Of a stretch of DNA of 59,210 nucleotides, positions 8,287 through 18,142 are shown in pieces (position 1 is the first letter of the stretch; every line of letters starts with the position of its first letter). Where the stretch lies: positions 1 to 59,210 of the IMG/VR virus record IMGVR_UViG_3300030107_003333. One strand, given 5' to 3'. The translations under genes were made by a program, and so were the position numbers. Under the pieces are notes generated by a model that was not told the DNA's origin, did not search any database, and saw nothing but the letters and a program-made list of their open reading frames with translations. Source of the DNA: a virus. Lineage: Duplodnaviria > Caudoviricetes.

Positions 8287-8598
8287 ATGGAAGAACAAGC
8301 TTTTTTCTTAGAAATGCAGCGTCTATCTATGGAGATGGATGCTATTATTGATATGTATAATATGCGGGAAAAAGTTATATCTATATTTGTTTGCGGGCTA
8401 TTAGATGAAGACATAATAGGAAACGTAAGAATTAAAGCGATATATAGCTATTCTTTAGAGTCAAAAGAGGAATTAGACAGTGTAATTAATTTTGTAGATA
8501 ATACTTGGTACGATCCAAATGCAGACGGGCTTACAGAAAAGAGATACTATAGAGATATAGATGATTTGCTAGATGGTACTGGTATAGAGTTAGAATAA
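8287..8598 (+). CDS. Acidic hypothetical protein
   Basis: Probable start MEEQ at 8287; abuts next gene. Confidence 0.7.
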   Translation: MEEQAFFLEMQRLSMEMDAIIDMYNMREKVISIFVCGLLDEDIIGNVRIKAIYSYSLESKEELDSVINFVDNTWYDPNADGLTEKRYYRDIDDLLDGTGIELE

Positions 8599-8599
8599 A

Positions 8600-8836
8600 A
8601 TGGAAGGAATTATTAGAAAAATTATTATCGGACAAGATCCGAAGGATGCCATGGCTTATTATGTAGGTATGAGAGCAGGTGGCGGCAAAGTTTCAACTAT
8701 AATATTAGATGAAAGACATCTTGCTCATTACAGTAAAAAGAGATATCTTGTGTATATTAGCATAGATAATTCACAAGTTCTATGGAAAGCTATCGATGAT
8801 ATGCCATGCATAGTTGAATTTGATTGTAACTTTTAA
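8600..8836 (+). CDS. Hypothetical protein
   Basis: 78 aa, IIRKIIIG..PKDAMAYYVG motif; in operon. Confidence 0.8.
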   Translation: MEGIIRKIIIGQDPKDAMAYYVGMRAGGGKVSTIILDERHLAHYSKKRYLVYISIDNSQVLWKAIDDMPCIVEFDCNF

Positions 8837-8837
8837 A

Positions 8838-9131
8838 ATGGTAAGAACACAGTTATACACATCAGGTGGAGAATTTAATCTACCAGACGGTACAAATTAT
8901 ATAGGACCTTATCATGTGCATATAGATAATGGAGCGATGGTTGGCGGGTTTCATAAAACAGAAGCTCATGACCGCTTGACACCAGCCAATGCTTCTGCTA
9001 GATCAAAAGTTAGATCAATACAGCAAGAACTTTCTAATGAAGCTGCAGCAAATAGAAGAAATACTCGCAGACCAAGAACAGCATCTTACAGCCCTGCTTC
9101 TACTGCTTCTTCAGGATCTTCAGGATATTAA
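8838..9131 (+). CDS. Hypothetical protein (YxGxYH motif)
   Basis: LYTSGGEF...YIGPYHVH; start at MVRTQ. Confidence 0.7.
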   Translation: MVRTQLYTSGGEFNLPDGTNYIGPYHVHIDNGAMVGGFHKTEAHDRLTPANASARSKVRSIQQELSNEAAANRRNTRRPRTASYSPASTASSGSSGY

Positions 9132-9145
9132 ATTAATTAAAATAA

Positions 9146-9742
9146 ATGGAAACTTTACACTTGTTCGTTGTCGAGTTAGAAAAAAAGATCAACGACACTA
9201 TTAAAACCGATTCTGGTTTAGAGCTTTATGTAGATAATAGATTTAATGAATTTGAACATAGGGTTACTGAGGGGCCAGTAGTATGCTCCCCCCGTAAATA
9301 CAATACAGGAGTTAAAAAGGGTGATACTCTGTATTTTCATCATCTAGTTGTAATTAATGAGGGTCAAGCCTTAACTGGTTCTGATAATCATTATTTAATA
9401 AAATATGATGATAAGCACACCATAAACAATCAGGCTATTGCATATAAGTGTCAAGACACTGGAGAAATAAAACCTTTGGCAGGTTGGTCTCTATTAAAGC
9501 CAGTAGAACAGAAAGCTGAGGTTGTTTCTGATATTATAGAGGTAATCAACACAGAGGATGAAAAATTACCCACCAGAGCAGAAGTTGCTTTTGATGCACC
9601 TTGGTTAGAGGAGTTAGGTGTAAAAAAAGGGGACATCGTAGGGTTTAAAAAAAATAGAGACTACAGAATCAAAATAGACGGGTTTGAGTACTATCGAACT
9701 CGTGCAGAAGATTTAATGTATATAATTGAAGAAAATGTTTGA
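9146..9742 (+). CDS. GroES-like co-chaperonin, two tandem GroES-like units
   Basis: KTDSGLEL mobile-loop-like motif, GVKKGDTLYF, then IKPLAGWSLLKP and GVKKGDIVGF. Confidence 0.7.
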   Translation: METLHLFVVELEKKINDTIKTDSGLELYVDNRFNEFEHRVTEGPVVCSPRKYNTGVKKGDTLYFHHLVVINEGQALTGSDNHYLIKYDDKHTINNQAIAYKCQDTGEIKPLAGWSLLKPVEQKAEVVSDIIEVINTEDEKLPTRAEVAFDAPWLEELGVKKGDIVGFKKNRDYRIKIDGFEYYRTRAEDLMYIIEENV

Positions 9743-9995
9743 TAAAAAAGAACTGTGGTTGCATCTGGAGGATCATGAGTGTTTATTAGCCGACGGATTT
9801 AATAATGCCGTTATAGGTGTAACATTTGGAGTAGAGCCAAAAGCTGTATATAGTGTATCTAAATGTTTAGATATATTAGTAGAAGAAGGTATGAGCATGG
9901 AAGACGCTATCGAGCATTTTGAATACAACGTAGCTGGAAGCTATGTAGGAGAAAAAACACCTATATGGGTGTACGACTATCAAGAAGATGAGTAA
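9735..9995 (+). CDS. Conserved-looking phage hypothetical protein
   Basis: ADGFNNAVIG...EDAIEHFEYNVAGSYVGEKTP. Confidence 0.8.
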   Translation: MFDKKELWLHLEDHECLLADGFNNAVIGVTFGVEPKAVYSVSKCLDILVEEGMSMEDAIEHFEYNVAGSYVGEKTPIWVYDYQEDE

Positions 9996-10272
9996 GTTTA
10001 CTACTATATCTGCTTCTGAGCGCCTAATGAAAAGTATGGAAGCTGCTATAGACAATATGATAGAAGAGGTTAAAAAACCTGTTGATCCAGATATTAATGG
10101 TAGCGCTAGAAAAGCTGAACTTCAGTCTATTAAGCAGACTGCTACAGATTGTAAAGAGCTAATCATAGAAAGGCAGCGCTTAGAACAAATGGTTAAAGAT
10201 CTGAAAGCTAGTGGAGAAATAAACGAAGCTAAAGATTATACTGGAGGGTTCGCTGAAAGATTTTCTAAGTAA
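9988..10272 (+). CDS. Helical protein, candidate terminase small subunit
   Basis: 94 aa, helical/coiled-coil, upstream of terL; function by position only. Confidence 0.45.
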   Translation: MSKFTTISASERLMKSMEAAIDNMIEEVKKPVDPDINGSARKAELQSIKQTATDCKELIIERQRLEQMVKDLKASGEINEAKDYTGGFAERFSK

Positions 10273-10628
10273 TGGCTTATAAAGACGCTAAAGATCAAGC
10301 TGCAGCAGCAAAGCGTCACTACGAAGCCAACAAGCAAAAAGTTAAGGATCGTAGTAAAAAAAGAAATAGAAAACAAAGAAAAAGAAACAAAGAATACATA
10401 GCTTTTGTTAAAAGCTTGTTATCCTGTGTTGATTGTGGAGAGGACAATCCAGTTCTTTTAGAATTTGATCATGTTAGAGGAAAGAAGAAAGGTAATATAT
10501 CAGACATGGCTAATCAATCCTATTGTACAGAAACGATACAGAAAGAAATAGAGAAGTGTGAGCCACGCTGCGCTAACTGTCATAGAGCTATAACACATAA
10601 AAGAAGAAATATTCGTAACTTGCGGTAG
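10272..10628 (+). CDS. HNH endonuclease
   Basis: CVDC...EFDH...CANCH zinc/HNH pattern. Confidence 0.85.
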   Translation: MAYKDAKDQAAAAKRHYEANKQKVKDRSKKRNRKQRKRNKEYIAFVKSLLSCVDCGEDNPVLLEFDHVRGKKKGNISDMANQSYCTETIQKEIEKCEPRCANCHRAITHKRRNIRNLR

Positions 10629-10630
10629 CT

Positions 10631-10870
10631 ATGAAGGTAAAAAAAAGAAACTATAAAAAGGAATATAAAAAATTCCAATCTTCTAAAAAGCAGAAAAAAA
10701 GGAGAGCTGCTAGAAATAGACGTAGAAGAAGGCTTCTTAAAATGGGTTTGGTAAAAAAAGGAGATGGGAAAGACATACATCATAAAGGTGGTAAAGTAAC
10801 GGTAATGAAAGCCTCTAAGAATAGAGGGATGCGTGAAAAGTCTAGGCTAAAAGGATCTAAAAGAAAATAA
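10631..10870 (+). CDS. Highly basic, degenerate HNH-like protein
   Basis: RAARNRRRR...GDGKDIHH...SKNR. Confidence 0.6.
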   Translation: MKVKKRNYKKEYKKFQSSKKQKKRRAARNRRRRRLLKMGLVKKGDGKDIHHKGGKVTVMKASKNRGMREKSRLKGSKRK

Positions 10871-10871
10871 A

Positions 10872-11063
10872 TTGAATGAAATGGCTGAATATAAATGTGA
10901 ATGCTGTGAGCATGAAGTAGAGTGTACTGGAGTCGTAATTAGAATAATCGACGGTAAGGCTACTCACGATATTAAATGCCCTTGCGGAAAGTATATGAAG
11001 TTAGCAAATCCTAAAACAGGCATTGCTAGCTTTGGAAGTGATAGATATGGTAGGGTGCGTTGA
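10872..11063 (+). CDS. Zinc-ribbon protein (FmdB-like)
   Basis: YKCECC...KCPCG. Confidence 0.6.
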   Translation: MNEMAEYKCECCEHEVECTGVVIRIIDGKATHDIKCPCGKYMKLANPKTGIASFGSDRYGRVR

Positions 11064-13183
11064 GCGTTTTACTAAACATAGAAGAATATGACGAACCTGC
11101 TATCAAGATTTGTCCCAACGGTACGGAGGGTGAAATTATTGAACTCGGTGGGTTACTCATTTGCCTTCCAAAAAGGCCGAAGAAGAAAGACATTTTCGGA
11201 CATAAAGAATCAGACTCTATGCAAGTGTGGAGAAGGTTATCTATGCCGAAGGAATTGTCTCGTATTCGTTCTATGGATGAGTGGGCGGAAATGCCAAGGG
11301 AGTTCAGAGAGAGGTTTCGTCCATATATCGAGGAAGAGTTTAGGCGTAGGCGTGAGGGTTTTTGGTTTTATAACAACGGCACAGCTACATATATTACGGG
11401 GCGGCATTACATGATGCTTCAGTGGACCAAGTTAGATATTGGATACCCATACTTTCTTAACTTTCAGCGTGAAATCTTTCTACATATGGCTGCTTGCGAG
11501 GCTGATCCTCGCTGTATTGGTCAGCTTTATACTAAGTGCCGTCGTTCTGGGTACACCAATATATGTTCTTCTGTTCTTGTGGATGAAGCTACACAGGTTA
11601 AAGATAAGCTTATGGGGATACAGTCAAAGACAGGTAAGGACGCCCAAGAAAACATTTTTATGAAGAAGGTGGTTTATATGTTTAGAAACTACCCATTCTT
11701 CTTTAAACCTATACAAGACGGTACAACTAATCCACGTATGGAGCTAGCTTTTAGGGAGCCGTCAAAACGAATAACTAAAAACAATAAAACTTCTCAAACA
11801 GGAGAAGCACTTAATACTGTTATTAATTGGAAAAACACAACTAACAACGCATACGATGGTGAGAAGCTACACATATTGTATTTAGACGAAGCAGGAAAAT
11901 GGGAAAAACCAACAGACATAAGGGACGCATGGAGGATTCAGAGGACATGCTTAATAGTAGGAAGAAAAATTGTAGGAAAGGCCCTCGTAGGAAGCACAGT
12001 AAATCCAATGGACAAAGGTGGAAAAGAGTACAAGGAACTGTGGAGAGATTCAGATCCGACGGAGAGGAATGCGAATGGGAGGACTAGGACAGGTTTGTAT
12101 AGGCTGTTTATTCCAGCATATGAATCGCTAGAAGGTTTTTTTGATAAATACGGTAATCCAGTAATAGAAGACCCTTTAAAAGTTATAGATGGTTTAGATG
12201 GGGAAGATATTATTTTTGGAGCGAAAACATATTTAAAGAACGAAAGGCAAAGCTTAAAAGACGACCCTTCTGAATTAAATGAGGTAACAAGACAGTTTCC
12301 TTTTACAACTGACGAGGCTTTTAGAGATAGTATAGACGGTAGTTTGTTTAATATAGGTAGGATATATGAGCAAATACACCATAATGATGAGCTTTTTCCA
12401 AACCCTATAGTAATAGGTAATTTTGTGTGGAAGAATGGTGAAAAAGACACTGAAGTAGTTTTTAAGCCAGATGCAAAAGGTAGGTTTAAAATTGCTTGGA
12501 TGCCTCCGCCAGAGCTCAGAAATAAAAAGACATATGAAAGAGGTAAGCTTTTGCCAGCAAATGCAGAGCTAGGAGTAGGGGGAGTTGACTCCTATGATCT
12601 TGATGCTACTGTTGATGGTCGAGGATCTAAAGGAGCGCTACATCTTTATAATAAATTTCATATGGAGCACCCATCTAATATGTTTGTATTAGAGTATGCA
12701 TCCCGCCCGCCTCTAGCTAAAATATTTTATGAAGACGTTCTTATGGCTGCTGTGTTTTATGGATACTCTATTTTAATTGAAAACAATAAGTATGGTATTG
12801 CAAGGTACTTTGAATCAAGAGGTTATGATGGGTATTTAATGAATAGGCCGCCTCACCTTAATTCTTCTAGTTCTAGAGTTAATGTTAAAACTAAAGGAAT
12901 ACCTTCAAACTCTCAAGATATTATCCAAGCTCATGCTCATGCTATTGAAGCTTATATTCATAATCATGTAGGTATGCATAGAGAAACTGGTGATATTGGT
13001 AAGATGTATTTTAATGACACTTTAGAGGATTGGATTGGATTTAATATAAATAATAGAACTAAATTTGACCTTACTATAAGTTCTGGCTTAGCGCTCTTGG
13101 CTGCTCAAAAAAGTAAACCAAAAAAGAAGCAATCTAATTTTGCTGAAAAGAAATTCTTTAGGAGATATAAGCCCATATCTTAA
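11060..13183 (+). CDS. terL: Terminase large subunit
   Basis: KCRRSGYT Walker A-like, LYLDEAGK Walker B, GSTVN, GVDSYD RNaseH-fold Asp; directly before portal. Confidence 0.93.
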   Translation: MSVLLNIEEYDEPAIKICPNGTEGEIIELGGLLICLPKRPKKKDIFGHKESDSMQVWRRLSMPKELSRIRSMDEWAEMPREFRERFRPYIEEEFRRRREGFWFYNNGTATYITGRHYMMLQWTKLDIGYPYFLNFQREIFLHMAACEADPRCIGQLYTKCRRSGYTNICSSVLVDEATQVKDKLMGIQSKTGKDAQENIFMKKVVYMFRNYPFFFKPIQDGTTNPRMELAFREPSKRITKNNKTSQTGEALNTVINWKNTTNNAYDGEKLHILYLDEAGKWEKPTDIRDAWRIQRTCLIVGRKIVGKALVGSTVNPMDKGGKEYKELWRDSDPTERNANGRTRTGLYRLFIPAYESLEGFFDKYGNPVIEDPLKVIDGLDGEDIIFGAKTYLKNERQSLKDDPSELNEVTRQFPFTTDEAFRDSIDGSLFNIGRIYEQIHHNDELFPNPIVIGNFVWKNGEKDTEVVFKPDAKGRFKIAWMPPPELRNKKTYERGKLLPANAELGVGGVDSYDLDATVDGRGSKGALHLYNKFHMEHPSNMFVLEYASRPPLAKIFYEDVLMAAVFYGYSILIENNKYGIARYFESRGYDGYLMNRPPHLNSSSSRVNVKTKGIPSNSQDIIQAHAHAIEAYIHNHVGMHRETGDIGKMYFNDTLEDWIGFNINNRTKFDLTISSGLALLAAQKSKPKKKQSNFAEKKFFRRYKPIS

Positions 13184-13198
13184 AAACGTGTTATTTAG

Positions 13199-13206
13199 TA
13201 TATTTG
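13199..13206 (+). promoter_or_regulatory. Bacteroidota -7 element
   Basis: TATATTTG between terL and portal. Confidence 0.7.
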
Positions 13207-13224
13207 CACAAACACAATTCCCTG

Positions 13225-15690
13225 ATGTATAAAAGCGATAATAAAAGTTCAGGCAGCTTTCCAGACCCTTTAGCCCCTCAACATGTAAAAGAAAACAAAG
13301 CTTATGGACTGAAATACGCCAAAGCTATTGAATCTCAGTGGGGAAAAGTACAAGATGCAGGATCTTTATATAATAAAAGAAATAACATCTTTGAAAGAAA
13401 TAGGGATTATGCAAATGGAACTCAAGACACAAATCTATACAAGCAGATCTTAACAAACCTAGATCCTAATAGCGCTGATGGAAGCCTTGTAAATTTAGAT
13501 TATACTCCAGTTCCAATTCTCCCAAAGTTTGCTAGAATAGTAACGAATAAAATCCTTTCAAGAGAGCCGTACCCAAATTTAGAGGCAGTAGATCCTATAT
13601 CTTCTTCCGAAAAGAATAAGCAAAAACAAAGAATTAAAATTCAAGTTGAGCTTAAGGAGCAATTAATGCAGCTTAAAAAGGATACCAATGGGCTTGTTTT
13701 AGATCAAGATCCAGAGTCGTTGCCAGATACTTTAGAGGAAGCTGATATATTTCTAGACACTAATATTAAAACTGACGCTGAAATAGCTGCTCAGATAGGC
13801 ACAAATATGACTCTATCTTGGAATGATTTTAATGATGGTGTATATAGAAGGTGTGTAAATGACTTAGTTGCTTTAGGAATGTGTGTTGTTAGACGTACAA
13901 ATGATCCTAGCTATGGGATAAAGACAGATTATGTTGACCCATGTTCTTTTATACATAGTCAAACTGAAAACCCTAATTTTGATGATTTAGTTTATGCTGG
14001 ACATGTTAAAACCATAACTATTCAAGAATTAAAGCGTTTAGCTGGTGAATCTTTTACAGAAGAAGAATACAAAGAAATTGCTACTTCTGCAGCTAAATCT
14101 AAATCTCATGACACCTCTAAATTTTCAATGACTAAATATGACAATTCATTGAATAAAAATGTTTACGGGTATGATAATTATTCAGTAGAGTTATTGGACT
14201 TTGAGTTTATGTCTGTTGATTGTATGCATTTTGAAGAAAAAGAAAACAGATACGGTAACAGGAACTTCTTTTATGAAGGATTTAACTATAAAGAAAAAAC
14301 AGGTGGCGTTTTTGAGCGTAAGCCTCACAGGATGGATATAGTTACTGTCTACGGCGGTCTTTATATTTTAGGTACTAAGCATATATTTAACTACGGAATG
14401 AAAACAAATGTTCCGAGAAATATACATGATATAGGTAGAACACGTATGGGTTATTCTGTTGTTGCAACAAACTTCAGAAATATGATGCCTAAATCTATGG
14501 TTGATAGTTGTATTGGATTTGCCGATATGCTTCAGATAACCCACTTGAAAATTCAACAAGCTATAGCTAAAGCAAAGCCAGATGGGTTAATTATAGATAT
14601 TGAAGGCTTAGAGAATGTACAGCTTGGAAAGGGAGGTGAGCTTCAGCCATTAGAACTTCATGATATTTACGAACAAACTGGAGTGTTTTACTACAGGAGT
14701 AAAAACCCAGAAGGTGGTCATCAAAACCCGCCAATCAGAGAGATCGGAAATAGTATAAGAAACATTAACGAACTTATAGCTATATACAACCACTACTTAA
14801 GATTAATAAGAGATACAACAGGCATTAATGAGGCTATGGATGCTTCTACTCCTAAGGGAGATGCGTTAGTTGGTGTTCAGCAGCAAGCTATAGCAGCGGG
14901 CAATAACGCTATATATGACATCACTAATGCTGCTATGATTTTGTTCAAAAAGGTTTGTGAGGATGTTGTTAAGTGTTTGCAGATTATCCCGCCAGAGTCT
15001 GTCCTCATGGGGATATATCAAAATGCTATAGGTGAGTCTAACATGGAGGTTTTAACTTCTTTTAGCGATTTACCTATGTTTAATTTTGGTGTTTCTGTTC
15101 AGAAAGAAATGGAGGATTCTGAAAGGGCTTATCTTGAGCAAAATATCCAAATGGCTATTCAGCAACAGCAAATAGATTTAGAAGATGCTATAGCTATTAG
15201 AAACCTTAAAGATGTTAATCAAGCAGAAAGACTTCTTATTCTTCGACGTAAAAAGAGAATGGATATTGCGCAAGCTGTGGCTCGTCAAAACTCTCAACTG
15301 CAAGCTCAGCAAGCTCAGGAAGCAGCTCAAGCAGCCTCTCAAGCAAGACAGCAAGAGTTGCAAATGGAAGCTGAGTTAGAAGGACAAAAACTTCAGCTTA
15401 AATCTCAGTTAGAAGTACAAGTTGCTCAAGCTCGACATGAAATGCAAAAAGAAATAGAGATGATAAGAGCGCAGGCTACTTTAGGCTTTAAAACTGATGA
15501 CCAAGAATTTAAGGAAAAAATTGAAGTACTTAAAGAGGATAGGAAAGACTCTAGGGTTAAAAAACAATCTGCAGAACAGAGTAAGTTGATATCTCAAAGA
15601 AAAGGTCAACGTGGAGAAATAATTGAACCCATGCAGTTAGATGAACCTCAAGAATTAGATGAAACTGTTCAAAATATATTACAACAATAA
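13225..15690 (+). CDS. Portal protein
   Basis: ~820 aa after terL; PVPILPKF motif, Q-rich C-terminal coiled coil typical of podoviral portal barrels; ATG at 13225. Confidence 0.85.
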   Translation: MYKSDNKSSGSFPDPLAPQHVKENKAYGLKYAKAIESQWGKVQDAGSLYNKRNNIFERNRDYANGTQDTNLYKQILTNLDPNSADGSLVNLDYTPVPILPKFARIVTNKILSREPYPNLEAVDPISSSEKNKQKQRIKIQVELKEQLMQLKKDTNGLVLDQDPESLPDTLEEADIFLDTNIKTDAEIAAQIGTNMTLSWNDFNDGVYRRCVNDLVALGMCVVRRTNDPSYGIKTDYVDPCSFIHSQTENPNFDDLVYAGHVKTITIQELKRLAGESFTEEEYKEIATSAAKSKSHDTSKFSMTKYDNSLNKNVYGYDNYSVELLDFEFMSVDCMHFEEKENRYGNRNFFYEGFNYKEKTGGVFERKPHRMDIVTVYGGLYILGTKHIFNYGMKTNVPRNIHDIGRTRMGYSVVATNFRNMMPKSMVDSCIGFADMLQITHLKIQQAIAKAKPDGLIIDIEGLENVQLGKGGELQPLELHDIYEQTGVFYYRSKNPEGGHQNPPIREIGNSIRNINELIAIYNHYLRLIRDTTGINEAMDASTPKGDALVGVQQQAIAAGNNAIYDITNAAMILFKKVCEDVVKCLQIIPPESVLMGIYQNAIGESNMEVLTSFSDLPMFNFGVSVQKEMEDSERAYLEQNIQMAIQQQQIDLEDAIAIRNLKDVNQAERLLILRRKKRMDIAQAVARQNSQLQAQQAQEAAQAASQARQQELQMEAELEGQKLQLKSQLEVQVAQARHEMQKEIEMIRAQATLGFKTDDQEFKEKIEVLKEDRKDSRVKKQSAEQSKLISQRKGQRGEIIEPMQLDEPQELDETVQNILQQ

Positions 15691-16106
15691 TGGCTAGTAA
15701 AGTAAATTTAGACGTATCAGAAAGGTTAGATATAACGTGCCGTCAAGGAGACAGCTTTGAACTCACCTTAACTTTAAAAGATTCTTCTGGGACGGCACTT
15801 ACGCTGTCTACTGATAATTATTCGTTTCTTATGCAGGTATGGCCTTCTGATAAAAAATCTAAAAATCCTATATTAGGAAGTAAGAATTTAGGTAAAGCTG
15901 TTGATAATACGTTTGAGAACTTTACTATTGATGATAGCGGTAATGTTACTATTACTGCTACGCCTGCTACTATGAGGAACATAAAGGCAGGAAGATATGT
16001 TTATGATCTTCAGCAGATAAAACCAACAACTTCAGGGGTAGATACTCATACAACTATACTTAAAGGTACTTTTACTGTTAATTCTGACGTTTCTAAATCT
16101 CTTTAA
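15690..16106 (+). CDS. BppU-N-like fibre adaptor protein
   Basis: RQGDSF...GRYVYDLQ...ILKGTFTV Ig-like pattern; precedes fibre gene. Confidence 0.6.
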   Translation: MASKVNLDVSERLDITCRQGDSFELTLTLKDSSGTALTLSTDNYSFLMQVWPSDKKSKNPILGSKNLGKAVDNTFENFTIDDSGNVTITATPATMRNIKAGRYVYDLQQIKPTTSGVDTHTTILKGTFTVNSDVSKSL

Positions 16107-16115
16107 TTTTTACAT

Positions 16116-17579
16116 ATGAGTGTAGACGTTACAACAACATCTGGAAATAGTGTTACTGCTACATCGACTGGTGGTACATCAGTTAGTTTTTCTTCTAGCT
16201 CAACTTCTGTTGCAGTAACGACTCCAACCTCATCTAGTATTACAGTAACAAGCAAAGGACCTAAAGGAGATACTGGGGCTACAGGTGCTACAGGGTCAAC
16301 AGGGGCGACGGGCGCTACGGGAGCTACAGCAACGGCGGGAGACGGAATAGATATTGCTGGCGGAGAAGTAAGCACTGATTTAAAATCTAATGGGGGGTTA
16401 GTTATAGAGTCTACAGAATTAGCTGTTGATTTAGGAGCATCATCTATTACGGGTACTTTAGCTGTTGGAGACGGAGGTACAGGAGCTACAACCCTTACAG
16501 ATAACGCTATTCTTACTGGTACTGGAACTAGTGCTATTACAGCTGAAGCTAATGCTAGTTATGACGGGAACGACTTTACATTAGCAAGCTCAACTTCTGC
16601 TAAACCAGTTTTAACTCTTTCGAATAGCAATACCGATGCTGTTAGTTCGGAAATTGTTTTTCAAAAAACAGCAACAGGAGCAGACAATGATGATGTTGGT
16701 AAGATAGACTTTAAGGGTGATAATGATAACAATGAGGTTACATCATTTGCCACCATTCTTGCGGAAATAGCAGATGCTAGTGATTCAGATGAGGCTGGCA
16801 GGTTGTCAATGACTGTTATGGCTAGTGACGGTAGTTTTAATCACTCACTTCCTGCTCACCAAGGTAGAAATGCATTTACTGCAACTGGCCATGGAACTAA
16901 TGATATTGTTGATGTAACTCTTGGATACGGCACTGCTTCAACAACTACGGTAGCTGGTACTCTTACCATGGGTTCGACGGCAGCAATGACTAACGCTGGT
17001 TTACTTTCTGTAGGGAATCAAACAAATATTACTGGTACAGGCGCTTTAAATGGTGGGAGTATAACTTCTGGTTTTGGCAATATAGATATAGGTTCTAGTA
17101 CGTTTGACACTACGGGCGATGTGAGCACAGGAGTAATTACCCCCACAGCTATTAAACATACTATTAGTGGTAATAACGCTGGTGATTACGGAACTGGTGC
17201 TGAAATACTATATGGCATAAGTAATGATAGCGTTACTGCTGGAGCCATATATGTTTTAAGATCTGGTGTATGGACAACAATAGATGCTGATGTTTCAAGT
17301 ATGGTTAGTCAATTAGTTGGTGTTGCAACAATAGCAGCAGGAAATGGAGACTCTTCAGACGGCATGATTATAAAAGGGAGTGTAACATTAGCTTCTGCAT
17401 ATACAGCAGGATCTGATGCTGAAGGAGCAATAGTATATGCCTCTGCGACGGCTGGAGAAGCTACACTTACAGCTCCTTCTTCTTCTGCTCAATTTGTGAG
17501 AATACTTGGATATTCCTTTAATGTAAGTAGCAAAAAAATGTTCCTTAATCCAGACAGCACGTTTGTAAAAATAGCGTAA
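16116..17579 (+). CDS. Fibre protein with short collagen-like segment
   Basis: GPKGDTGATGATGSTGATGATGAT, LAVGDGGTGA fibre motif, T/S/G-rich. Confidence 0.75.
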   Translation: MSVDVTTTSGNSVTATSTGGTSVSFSSSSTSVAVTTPTSSSITVTSKGPKGDTGATGATGSTGATGATGATATAGDGIDIAGGEVSTDLKSNGGLVIESTELAVDLGASSITGTLAVGDGGTGATTLTDNAILTGTGTSAITAEANASYDGNDFTLASSTSAKPVLTLSNSNTDAVSSEIVFQKTATGADNDDVGKIDFKGDNDNNEVTSFATILAEIADASDSDEAGRLSMTVMASDGSFNHSLPAHQGRNAFTATGHGTNDIVDVTLGYGTASTTTVAGTLTMGSTAAMTNAGLLSVGNQTNITGTGALNGGSITSGFGNIDIGSSTFDTTGDVSTGVITPTAIKHTISGNNAGDYGTGAEILYGISNDSVTAGAIYVLRSGVWTTIDADVSSMVSQLVGVATIAAGNGDSSDGMIIKGSVTLASAYTAGSDAEGAIVYASATAGEATLTAPSSSAQFVRILGYSFNVSSKKMFLNPDSTFVKIA

Positions 17580-18142
17580 TGGGTTATATAGACGAAACAT
17601 TAGTATTTGAGTCTGATAAAGTGTATTACACAGACGATTTTGGCACAGAGCTTCAAGTAATGATGACTTGGGAAGATCCTATCATGAAAGCTTCCGCTGA
17701 TTACGTTTGTGAAGGAGGTGGAGATATATTAGAAATAGGATTTGGCATGGGTATATCTGCAGATTACATTCAAGCTAATTCTATATCGTCTCATACCATA
17801 GTAGAGAACCACCCTCAAATGATTGAAAAAGCTAAAGCTTGGGCTGCTGATAAACCTAACGTAACTATAGTAGAGGGAGATTGGTATACTGTAAAAGATT
17901 CTTTATCTACTTACGATGGAGTGTTTTATGATACTTGGGGGGATGACAATGCTTTGAAATTTGTAAGTGAAGCCCCTAATTTTACGAAATCGGGGACAAG
18001 AGTTACGTGGTGGAATAATTATACAGACACAGATGATGTTTTGTACATAAATGGAACTACGTATCAATCTATAAGTGTAAACCCAGATAGTAATATGTAT
18101 TTTCAATCTAATACATATCACCTTCCTAAAAAACAGTTTTAA
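17579..18142 (+). CDS. SAM-dependent methyltransferase, Rmt2/guanidinoacetate N-methyltransferase-like
   Basis: VMMTWEDPIM, ILEIGFGMGIS (motif I), HTIVENHP, YDGVFYDTW. Confidence 0.85.
   Translation: MGYIDETLVFESDKVYYTDDFGTELQVMMTWEDPIMKASADYVCEGGGDILEIGFGMGISADYIQANSISSHTIVENHPQMIEKAKAWAADKPNVTIVEGDWYTVKDSLSTYDGVFYDTWGDDNALKFVSEAPNFTKSGTRVTWWNNYTDTDDVLYINGTTYQSISVNPDSNMYFQSNTYHLPKKQF

Noticed and set aside
8262-8414. N-terminal extension of the 7842-8414 ORF
   Set aside because: Overlaps the divergent + strand gene; ATG at 8261 is the more plausible start.
11938-12450. 170-aa antisense ORF in terL (and similar antisense ORFs inside long genes)
   Set aside because: S/F/L-rich mirror of the sense codons, no motifs or start context.
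17579-18142. DNA methyltransferase
   Set aside because: Lacks DPPY/NPPY or PCQ catalytic motifs; matches the Rmt2/GAMT pattern instead.
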